From a virus, in IMG/VR virus record IMGVR_UViG_3300031452_000002: 64,000 nucleotides of DNA. One strand, written 5' to 3'. The notes below the pieces were generated by a model. It saw only the letters and a program-made list of their open reading frames with translations, ran no database searches and was not told the DNA's origin. Each line of letters starts with the position of its first letter. Position 1 is the first letter of the stretch. Below are positions 27,520 through 35,278 of this stretch, piece by piece. The position numbers were made by a program, and so were the translations under genes.

Positions 27520-27753
27520 GTGGGCGATATAACCATCGAAACAGAAAGATGCGAGGAGTGCGGGGAGGAAACGCCCGCGCTAGAACTGTGGGCGATTGAC
27601 GACGGGGCGATACTCGTGTGCAACAAGTGCCGTTTCACCGTCTATCCGCTATCGACTGCGAGGCGTTTGCAAGGGACATGGGTCCAACGCGGGCTAGTGA
27701 CCGTGACATATTACGGGACCGATGGATCTATTGTCACCAAGACGAGCGATTAG
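27520..27753 (+). CDS. Zn-finger hypothetical protein
   Basis: CEECG...CNKC. Confidence 0.45.
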   Translation: MGDITIETERCEECGEETPALELWAIDDGAILVCNKCRFTVYPLSTARRLQGTWVQRGLVTVTYYGTDGSIVTKTSD

Positions 27754-27762
27754 GGGCGCGAC

Positions 27763-28047
27763 ATGGGCTACGGCTACTACGAGATCGACGGCCGGAAGCG
27801 CGGCTACGGTGTGCAGTGCAAGTGCCACAAGCGCGGTTGTCCCGAGCGGATAGATCGCGGCTTGTCTTTTCTGTGCCACTGCTGCACTTGGTACTTTTGC
27901 GGCAAGCATTTAACGACTGCGTATGATCAGGACGACAACCTGATTGAAGTGCAGTGCTTCACCGGCTTGGATAGCCAAGTGTGCCAGCGATGCGCCGACC
28001 ACTTGGAAGAGGACGCTTTGGCCGCGATGGTTGAGGCGCTAGCATAG
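27763..28047 (+). CDS. Cys/His-rich phage hypothetical protein
   Basis: RGYGVQCKCHKRGC...IDRGLSFLC...YFCGKH. Confidence 0.6.
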   Translation: MGYGYYEIDGRKRGYGVQCKCHKRGCPERIDRGLSFLCHCCTWYFCGKHLTTAYDQDDNLIEVQCFTGLDSQVCQRCADHLEEDALAAMVEALA

Positions 28048-28061
28048 GAAGGGGAGAGAAG

Positions 28062-28256
28062 ATGCACACCTACAACGACGATCAGCAGACACAGCGCGAG
28101 ATACAGGACCGCTACAAAGCCGCGAAGGCGAAGTTAGATGGCGTGCGCGGCGTGGTCGATGCCGTGGCGAAGGGCAAGCCTGCACCGACGCCGGCCGAGG
28201 AGGTCAATGAATTGCGGCAAGCGATCCGACAGGTCGGGGAGATCGTCGCACGATGA
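28062..28256 (+). CDS. Hypothetical protein
   Basis: SD GGAGAG; coupled to next gene. Confidence 0.5.
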   Translation: MHTYNDDQQTQREIQDRYKAAKAKLDGVRGVVDAVAKGKPAPTPAEEVNELRQAIRQVGEIVAR

Positions 28257-28648
28257 AACTGGAAGATCAGGTTGTATCGCGCGATGTCGCCAAGGCGCTG
28301 CGTGACGTAGGAGTGTCGCAAGATAGTTGCTTCTATTGGATCAACACGACCGCGGGCTATCGACTGACGGAGACAGAGAACGCGCACCAGCGTTATGATG
28401 GCGTACCTGCATGGATTGACGAGCCTGATACCTACGCGGCCTTTAGTGTTGCGGAGTTGGGCGAGATGCTGCCGCTCTGCTGCATGAGTTGGTCCACGCC
28501 GCAGACGGGTGAGATGACGTGGTGGTGTCGCATCAATGAGACCCATATGGTTGTACACAAGGAGCGCCCCATTTTCACGGCGGCGAAAGAAGCCGACGCA
28601 CGGGCGAAGATGCTGCTCCACGTAACAACGGAAGCCCATGAAGGGTAA
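28253..28648 (+). CDS. Phage hypothetical protein
   Basis: LEDQVVSRDVAKAL...AAFSVAELGEMLP pattern. Confidence 0.6.
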   Translation: MKLEDQVVSRDVAKALRDVGVSQDSCFYWINTTAGYRLTETENAHQRYDGVPAWIDEPDTYAAFSVAELGEMLPLCCMSWSTPQTGEMTWWCRINETHMVVHKERPIFTAAKEADARAKMLLHVTTEAHEG

Positions 28649-28683
28649 GAGGCCATGGCATACATAGGGGGGAGGGGCAACTG

Positions 28684-28899
28684 ATGAACGATAGGCCAAC
28701 GCGATGGGACTATCGCACGATGCTCGGTGCTATTGACGAGTACGATGGGTATTCCTTGACATTCAATCCCGGCGATGGGATGGACTGGCTCACCCTCGAC
28801 GACATGGGCGCCCAAGGGTGGGAGATGTGCGGGCTCGTGCAACCGCTGGGGCATGCCTGGGTTTCTGCTGTTTTTAAGCGTGCCTCGTCTGCGGAATAG
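28684..28899 (+). CDS. Hypothetical protein (DUF4177-like)
   Basis: WDYR...LDDMGAQGWEMCG...AVFKR. Confidence 0.5.
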   Translation: MNDRPTRWDYRTMLGAIDEYDGYSLTFNPGDGMDWLTLDDMGAQGWEMCGLVQPLGHAWVSAVFKRASSAE

Positions 28900-28912
28900 G
28901 GATTGGGTGAGT

Positions 28913-29356
28913 ATGATGACGCACGATGAATTGTGGGCCGTGTGCAAGTTAGACGTTGAGGACTACGAGCCCTACGGCAAGGTAGACCGCGATGTAGCGG
29001 CTGAAAAGTACGGCGCCGGGGATTGCTCATCTGGCTGTCGGTGGTTTCTTGAACTTGAAGGGGAAAGGGGCAGCGACTGGGGAGTATGCGGTAGCCCGCG
29101 TAGTCACAGGAAAGGGCTGTTGACGTTCGAGCATCAAGGATGTAGGGCGTTTGAGGCTGACTCGCACCGCTTTGACGACGATGACGACGATGCGGAACTG
29201 GACGGGTTGGAGTTGGACCCGCGCAAGGTTAAGCGTGCGGGTGGCACGGGGCGCGCGGAGTCGTGCGGGCTTGTGCCATGGGATACCGAGGGGCCACGCA
29301 CAGGCATATGCACATGCACGCTACCGAGGGGCCACGAAGGGGGGTGTGGGTCATGA
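28913..29356 (+). CDS. DUF3027-like protein
   Basis: CSSGCRWFLEL...DWGVC...GLLTFEHQGC. Confidence 0.6.
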   Translation: MMTHDELWAVCKLDVEDYEPYGKVDRDVAAEKYGAGDCSSGCRWFLELEGERGSDWGVCGSPRSHRKGLLTFEHQGCRAFEADSHRFDDDDDDAELDGLELDPRKVKRAGGTGRAESCGLVPWDTEGPRTGICTCTLPRGHEGGCGS

Positions 29357-29634
29357 GTCGCGCCACCTATGATCCAGACGCCAAGGCGCTCTATGTCTAT
29401 CTGAAGGAGAATGAGGAGCGCGCCGTGAAATGGTCGGGGCGCCTGTCGGAGGGCGTCAACGTTGACTATGACGCCGACGGCTCACTTATCGGCGTGGAAG
29501 TGTTAGGCGTGGAGATCATCACGCGGATAGTAGATGCCGACCCGTTATGCGGGCAGGATACGCGCCACTCTCAATCGCATGTGACGAGCTTGTGCCGGTT
29601 GCCGCAGGGGCACGAGGGGGCGTGTGAGGCATGA
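29353..29634 (+). CDS. DUF2283-like protein
   Basis: YDPDAKALYVYL...VNVDYDADGSLIGVEVL. Confidence 0.7.
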   Translation: MSRATYDPDAKALYVYLKENEERAVKWSGRLSEGVNVDYDADGSLIGVEVLGVEIITRIVDADPLCGQDTRHSQSHVTSLCRLPQGHEGACEA

Positions 29635-29912
29635 TAGACGACAACGAAACGTACACGGTGACGATGAGTGGCGGCTTGACCGAGGCCGGCAACGCCTACC
29701 TCGCTCAATCGTTGGCAAATCAGGCAGAGCGGTACAAGCAGGCGACGTGGATTGGCCCCGTTGAGGATGCTCCAACTGGCGGACTTGTGCGCCTCCAGTT
29801 CATGCTACGCGGCGACAGGCCCTACGCTATTGTCAGTTCGCCCGCGCAAGACGCTACGTGGGAACGACAGGCGCGTGAGATGGGGCTACCGCTCAGACCT
29901 CTATTACATTAA
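29631..29912 (+). CDS. Hypothetical protein
   Basis: ATGA coupling. Confidence 0.5.
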   Translation: MIDDNETYTVTMSGGLTEAGNAYLAQSLANQAERYKQATWIGPVEDAPTGGLVRLQFMLRGDRPYAIVSSPAQDATWERQAREMGLPLRPLLH

Positions 29913-30076
29913 CTACTACCACGGCCATGGCATGCACAGCGAAGGGGTTGTTAGCCCCGTCAAGTTTTGGTTTGTGTACCTGACGCAGTTCTGGCGCTTC
30001 CGACGCTGGCGCAACGTACTACGTGAGCATGACGATATGTGAACTTTCCTTGCATGCAATGCACTCAGCATGATAT

Positions 30077-30134
30077 GACATAGGGTATGGCAACGGGGTG
30101 ACACAACCGTCACCCCGTTGCCATACCCTATGTC
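30077..30134. repeat. Perfect 26-bp inverted repeat with 6-nt loop
   Basis: GACATAGGGTATGGCAACGGGGTGAC-ACAACC-GTCACCCCGTTGCCATACCCTATGTC. Confidence 0.85.
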
Positions 30135-30143
30135 GTAGGCGAA

Positions 30144-30734
30144 ATGGGAGGGATAGCGATGGTTGCGATGATAGACGAGAAGACGGTGACGCTGAGAGAG
30201 GCGGCGGATATAGCCTGTAAGGACAAGCGCACTATTCAGCGATGGATTGCCGACAAGAGCATCGGCGCGACAACAATACTCGACACGGGTGGTCAGCAGC
30301 AGACGCGGGTTAGCCTTGCCGATTTGCACCGTAAACTCGGTGTTGGTCTGCCGGAAATCCGTCAAGATGTCCCACACGACGGAATAAGAGCGCGCGATAT
30401 GGCTTATGGCAATGCCGACTCTATCATTGACCAGCCAAGCAATGTCGCGGTATCGGCGGGTTCCATGCAGATGCAGGCATTCGTGGCCGTTATTGGTAAG
30501 AGTGTCAGCGAGGGGATGACACCTCTTGTCGGAGAGTTGCATAGCGCCCATGCCGAGCACGCCGCGACCATTGAGCGAGCCGTCCGCGCCGAAACGAGCT
30601 ACGAAATTATGAAGCGGCAAAACGAACAGGCCGAGCAGCGCATACGCGATCTGGAAAATGTCGTGAGCCAAAGGTCTGGACGGGAGCGGCGACCATCTTT
30701 TGTTGCGCGGTTAGTGACATCTTTCGCGCATTGA
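30144..30734 (+). CDS. N-terminal HTH plus coiled-coil DNA-binding protein (start may be ATG 30159)
   Basis: VTLREAADIACKDKRTIQRWI; C-terminal heptad region. Confidence 0.65.
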   Translation: MGGIAMVAMIDEKTVTLREAADIACKDKRTIQRWIADKSIGATTILDTGGQQQTRVSLADLHRKLGVGLPEIRQDVPHDGIRARDMAYGNADSIIDQPSNVAVSAGSMQMQAFVAVIGKSVSEGMTPLVGELHSAHAEHAATIERAVRAETSYEIMKRQNEQAEQRIRDLENVVSQRSGRERRPSFVARLVTSFAH

Positions 30735-30749
30735 TGATTGGGCAGGGGT

Positions 30750-30800
30750 GACACGCAAGGGCCGACATGCCGTGACACGGCATGTCGGCCCTTGCGTGTC
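30750..30800. repeat. Perfect 24-bp inverted repeat with 3-nt loop
   Basis: GACACGCAAGGGCCGACATGCCGT-GAC-ACGGCATGTCGGCCCTTGCGTGTC. Confidence 0.85.
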
Positions 30801-31027
30801 TAGTCATGTCGTTCGGTAGGGTCGGGCGGCAGGAACACGTCTAATCCTCTCACTTGCATCTCGGCTACCGCGATTGGCAAGCCCTTGCGGAAGATGATGC
30901 GTGCCGTGTCATTCTTTTTCCGCTGATCAAATCCGGTAATCGCCATGACGGTTTCATATTCGGCTTCCGTGACGCGGATGCTGAACTGCCTGCTCAATCG
31001 GGCCTCCTCGTTGTTTGTGTCCGACAT
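30800..31027 (-). CDS. Small ribbon-helix-helix-like regulator
   Basis: RQFSIRVTEAEYETV...ARIIFRKGL. Confidence 0.55.
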   Translation of the reverse strand: MSDTNNEEARLSRQFSIRVTEAEYETVMAITGFDQRKKNDTARIIFRKGLPIAVAEMQVRGLDVFLPPDPTERHD

Positions 31028-31086
31028 GCATGCAATCCCCCCTTTGCCTGAACGATAGCACAGGATGCTCGCCGTCGGTGTGTGCC

Positions 31087-31115
31087 TTGCATACATTGCA
31101 TGCATGCTGTACTAT
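31087..31115 (+). promoter_or_regulatory. sigma70-type promoter for the conjugation-like operon
   Basis: TTGCAT-17 bp-TACTAT with TG at -14/-13 region; overlaps TGCATGCA. Confidence 0.6.
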
Positions 31116-31204
31116 ACCAAGTAACGGCGACGCGTTCCGGCTATGGGCTGTGGCTGTTGATTGCGTCGCCGCTACATAACATCTACGGCATGGAGGCAAG
31201 ACGA

Positions 31205-31777
31205 ATGAGGGGGACATCGCACCTAGCGACAGGCCTGGCGCTCGGCGCCACCGTGGCCGCGCTGACCCTGCCGCCGCTCCTCGTCGTGCCGTTCGCTCTT
31301 GTCGCCGGGGGAGCGGCGACCCTACCCGACCTCGACACGCCCAACTCCCTCGCATCCAAGGCCCTGCCGCCCGTGTCCGCTATCGTGTGCCATATCCCGT
31401 TCAACAAGCACCGACTCCTGACGCACTGGCTGGCGCTGTGGGTTCCGCTATCCGTCGCCGCCGTTGTCCTGACGGCGCTGTGGCCGCTCATACAAGATGC
31501 GGTGGTGGCGTTGTGTGTCGGCTACCTCGTCCATATTCTCGGCGACGCCTTGACGATTGAGGGTGTGCCCCTGCTCAATCCCAAGAAGCGCTGGCATCTG
31601 GTGCCGTGGTTCCATTTCCGGTCGGGTGGGTTCGTCGAAAAACCCGTGGTGGCGCTGGTCGTGCTGGCCTGTCTGGCAACGATGATCGGATACTACGTGC
31701 CTCAAGGGCGCGACGTGTATGCGACCGCTTTGGCGCATGTAGTGGTGCGGATACACGACCTGGCGGGGCGCTGGTAA
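31205..31777 (+). CDS. YdjM-like membrane metal-dependent hydrolase
   Basis: GTSHLATG, LPDLDTP, KHRLLTH, VHILGDALTIEGVP. Confidence 0.8.
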   Translation: MRGTSHLATGLALGATVAALTLPPLLVVPFALVAGGAATLPDLDTPNSLASKALPPVSAIVCHIPFNKHRLLTHWLALWVPLSVAAVVLTALWPLIQDAVVALCVGYLVHILGDALTIEGVPLLNPKKRWHLVPWFHFRSGGFVEKPVVALVVLACLATMIGYYVPQGRDVYATALAHVVVRIHDLAGRW

Positions 31778-31919
31778 TGTGTGCCATCGCCGTTTCCCTG
31801 TGTGGCCGTGTGGACGGTTTTCATCCACACCACACGGGCGTTTTCAGCTTGGTAGGTAAGCGTGTGTTTTCAATGTCTTGTAGGTGTGTGGGTCTGTCCA
31901 CGCGGGGGCGTGTGTAGCG

Positions 31920-32444
31920 ATGGCTCTCTCATCCTTACCGAAAACCGACGCCGCGAAGAAAGAGCGCGTGAACGTGTCACTGGCGTCTGACCTCTTGGAT
32001 GCGCTGGACAGCGAGGCGGCACGGCGCAAGATGGACCGTTCGGCGCTGCTGACGGAGTACGCGCGGACGGGCTTGCATGGCGGGGTGGCCCCGGCGCCAG
32101 TGGTGGTGAGCGCGCCGACGGCAGAGGAGAACGCAGCGGCCGTGGTGGACCTACTAACGAAAACATCTATGGTGGGCACGGTGGCCGCCGATCCTCTCTC
32201 GCCGTCACGGACGGCGCCCGATGACCAGGGAGACAAACTCAAAGCGATCTACGTGGCGGTGCTGACGCAGACGGAACTCGTGAAAGACGCCATCGCGGCG
32301 CGGCATATCGAGCGTGAGCGACGTGGTATCGTCGCGCGGCTCATGGGGCGGAAGCGTGCTCTTGTTGACGGAGTAACTGTCGTTGAGGACGCCTACGCCG
32401 TGGCGAAAGACAAAGCGCGTCGACAGATGGGACTCTCACAATGA
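31920..32444 (+). CDS. CopG/RHH-domain protein
   Basis: RVNVSLASDLLDALDSEAARRKMDRSALL. Confidence 0.7.
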   Translation: MALSSLPKTDAAKKERVNVSLASDLLDALDSEAARRKMDRSALLTEYARTGLHGGVAPAPVVVSAPTAEENAAAVVDLLTKTSMVGTVAADPLSPSRTAPDDQGDKLKAIYVAVLTQTELVKDAIAARHIERERRGIVARLMGRKRALVDGVTVVEDAYAVAKDKARRQMGLSQ

Positions 32445-34423
32445 AAGCACGTATGGCGGTGACGCTCGGTGGCGTGGCGTTGATGGCGGGTGGCGCCGTC
32501 GTGTGCCGGCCTGTGGCGGAGCATGTCTACCCTTCGTTGGCCCATGCGGCGCACGCGCTGACGATGCCTACGACGATGGATCATATCGACGCCGACAGGG
32601 TGACGCTCACGGCGACGTACAGGACGCTGCGGGGCGACGCGGTGTTGGGACAGGCTCCCGTGCCGGAAGGGGCGGGGGCGGCGCTCCTGGGACTGCTCAT
32701 CGCGTCTAGCGCTATCGGTGGCGGTATCGGCCAGCGACGGGCGCGGCGTGAGGTAGAGCGTGAGGCGCGCAAGAGCCTGGTGCGGTCGGCAGCCAAAGAC
32801 CGCATCGACCCGGAGAAGCAAGAGGAGCGGGCGTTGGTCGCACGGCGCGAGGCGGAACGGCAACGCATCCTGACCAAAGAAGGCTGGTATGCATCAAACA
32901 CAGGCGGGTGGTATCTCGGCATTGAGAAAGAGTCGGGAAAGGCGCTTTCTTTGCCACGCGACATTCAGGCCCAGCATCCGCTTGTCAACGGCGGCAGTGG
33001 TAGCGGGAAGACGCTTCGCTTTCTCATTGGATGGGTGCTTGGCGAGGCGCTTTTGCAGGTAGCGCTACGTGCGTCGCTCATCGTCATCGACCCCAAAGAC
33101 GGGGGCGAAATAACGCGCAAGACAATTGCCGTCATGCGGCGCGCTGGTTACCGGGTGTGGGTGTATGATCCGTACGCCGTCGGTTCCGTCCGTTTCAACG
33201 CGGCGTCGATCTATGAAGACCCCGAAGGCGTCGAATCGATGGTCGAGGCGTGGGTGAGGTCGATGGGCGATTTCCATTCGTACTTCGGGCCGATGACGGT
33301 CGCCCTCGTGGCCGGCGTGCTCTTGTACTTGCGCGACGTAGAACGCGCGAAAAGCGACGGTGACTGGCGCCGTGTGTCGATGGCCGACGTGGCGGCATGG
33401 AACAGGACGCACGAAACTATCGAGACCGCCGAAACCATCGTGGCCCACGTCGCGGCCCAGCGGGACGCGGGCCAGTCCGATCCAACGATTGAGGGGCTGG
33501 CGCGGCAGATGACGGAGCTGATTGGCTCCAAGGGCGCGGCGTCAAACGTCATGGGCGGTGTCACCTTGCGGCTCAAGTGTCTCAACAATCCGCGCGTCGC
33601 AGCGTCAATGGCCGGCAACGACATCGACTGGGAGGAGTTCGTGCGTGTGCCGACGATCCTGTACATGGCGATTGATCTAGGCACAGCTAAGACCATTTCG
33701 CCGGTCATTGTGACGGGACTGACGGCCACCAAGGACGCGCTGTCACAGGTAGCGGCGCGGCATGGCGGGCGCTTGCCGCGGCCCGTGCGGTCGTTGACCG
33801 ATGAGGCCGTCAACATTGGCAAGATCGACGGGCTACCGACCATTGTCTCGACGGCACGCAGCATCGACTACGGGTTGGGGTTTGCCACACAAGGGCCGAA
33901 GGACATCAAGCGCGAGTACGGCACGCAGGGTGACCGCGTGATGACCTCATTGCTGACACATATCGTGCTCGCGCAGTCGAACGATGACGATCTGGAGCAC
34001 TACACCGATGCGCAAGCAGGCGTCAAACTGGACGATCTGAAAGAACGGGACGGGGCCTATATCCGACGTGCGGGGCTGCGACCGACCTACGTCCAGACGC
34101 GCCTGTGGTTCCGCGACAAGCGGCTGGTGGCGCTCGTCAAGGCAGCGGGCACGTATACGAAGGTCGATGCGCTGCGGGAGCAATTGGCGATTCAGCAGGC
34201 GGGCATGAACCGTGTCGTGGCCGACGTGCCCGTGACGATTGACAAAAAAGCGGCGAAAGCGGAAGCGAAAAGCAGTAGGACATATACGCCACGTCCGACC
34301 GACGAGATAAAAAGCGACGGCGATGTGGAGAGAGAAGGAGGATGGGGTGATGTAGACGACGGCGACGGGGCGGTGTGGGGCGATGGTGAGTTGGTGGAGG
34401 CCCACGCGTTGGCGTGGGACTAG
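32441..34423 (+). CDS. virD4: Type IV coupling protein (VirD4/TraG-like)
   Basis: N-terminal TMs; VNGGSGSGKT, VIDPKDG, TDEAVNIGKI, FATQ. Confidence 0.85.
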   Translation: MKARMAVTLGGVALMAGGAVVCRPVAEHVYPSLAHAAHALTMPTTMDHIDADRVTLTATYRTLRGDAVLGQAPVPEGAGAALLGLLIASSAIGGGIGQRRARREVEREARKSLVRSAAKDRIDPEKQEERALVARREAERQRILTKEGWYASNTGGWYLGIEKESGKALSLPRDIQAQHPLVNGGSGSGKTLRFLIGWVLGEALLQVALRASLIVIDPKDGGEITRKTIAVMRRAGYRVWVYDPYAVGSVRFNAASIYEDPEGVESMVEAWVRSMGDFHSYFGPMTVALVAGVLLYLRDVERAKSDGDWRRVSMADVAAWNRTHETIETAETIVAHVAAQRDAGQSDPTIEGLARQMTELIGSKGAASNVMGGVTLRLKCLNNPRVAASMAGNDIDWEEFVRVPTILYMAIDLGTAKTISPVIVTGLTATKDALSQVAARHGGRLPRPVRSLTDEAVNIGKIDGLPTIVSTARSIDYGLGFATQGPKDIKREYGTQGDRVMTSLLTHIVLAQSNDDDLEHYTDAQAGVKLDDLKERDGAYIRRAGLRPTYVQTRLWFRDKRLVALVKAAGTYTKVDALREQLAIQQAGMNRVVADVPVTIDKKAAKAEAKSSRTYTPRPTDEIKSDGDVEREGGWGDVDDGDGAVWGDGELVEAHALAWD

Positions 34424-34450
34424 CAGAACAGGACGAGAAGGGGTGTGGGA

Positions 34451-34738
34451 ATGGACTGGGCGACACAACCGATCAACGATTTACTGCTTATCTTGAGCAT
34501 CGTCGCGGGGGGGGGGGCTATTATCTGCCTGATGAAGATTATCCCCCATGCGACGCAACTGGGGACGAACACGGGGCAGTCAATCAAGGGCATCGGGTTC
34601 GGGATTGCCGGCGTCCTGCTCTGTATCGCGGTAGCCGGCGGAACGCTGATTCACTTGGCGCAGACGGCGCAGGCGCCGGCGACGGTGCAGAACCCGATCT
34701 CGAACACGGGCGGGTCAAATGCCCCTGCTAAACCGTAA
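34451..34738 (+). CDS. VirB2/pilin-like small membrane protein
   Basis: Two TM helices; position between VirD4 and VirB3/VirB4. Confidence 0.55.
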   Translation: MDWATQPINDLLLILSIVAGGGAIICLMKIIPHATQLGTNTGQSIKGIGFGIAGVLLCIAVAGGTLIHLAQTAQAPATVQNPISNTGGSNAPAKP

Positions 34739-34794
34739 GAGATCAGCGCGGCGTCGTTCGCCGATAAAAAAGCGTCGCTGAAAAGGGATAACTG

Positions 34795-35235
34795 ATGGAT
34801 GACGATATGATCGCCCCAGAGCAGGCGCTATCCCGGCTTGACCGGCCCTTGGTGCAGTGGGGCTTGAAGTGGAACCCTCATCAGGTTGTGGCGGTCGGGG
34901 GAGCGTTGGTCGTGGGCGCGGCTTGGACGCTCGGATGGGTGTTGTGGGGCGTGGCAACGAACATGTTCATGACGCTAGAGGGGTTACGCGTCATGCTGCC
35001 GTGGCTGGCCGCGCCGTGGGTCCTGTTGCTGATGGGGGGGTGGTATGGCAAGCGCTTGCTGCGTGACGGGGTGGAACCCGTCGCGCGTCAGCGCTGGGCG
35101 CGGCGCTATCGCCTTTTACGCGTCCCCATCCGCGTAGACACCCGTCTTTTTGCTGTGCCGTGGCTCCGCGTGAGGCAGGGCGTCGTGCGGTCAACCGTAT
35201 CGGCGCCCCGTCGCCGACAGAAAGGGCGTCGGTAA
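34795..35235 (+). CDS. PrgI/VirB3-like membrane protein
   Basis: Two TMs then basic tail; directly upstream of VirB4. Confidence 0.55.
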   Translation: MDDDMIAPEQALSRLDRPLVQWGLKWNPHQVVAVGGALVVGAAWTLGWVLWGVATNMFMTLEGLRVMLPWLAAPWVLLLMGGWYGKRLLRDGVEPVARQRWARRYRLLRVPIRVDTRLFAVPWLRVRQGVVRSTVSAPRRRQKGRR

Positions 35236-35278
35236 ACTTTCCCACGGCTAAAGCCGGGGGTCTCCTGGAGGTTCTTAG
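35232..35278 (-). mobile_element. Orphan IS200/IS605-type end hairpin 3
   Basis: GTAAACTTTCCCACGGCTAAAGCCGGGGGTCTCCTGGAGGTTC on plus strand. Confidence 0.6.

Noticed and set aside
5819-34427. 13-bp repeat TGGGACTAGCAGA at 5819 and 34415 as att-like sites
   Set aside because: Matches of this length are expected by chance in 64 kb; both are Trp-Asp-stop gene ends and bound no coherent module.
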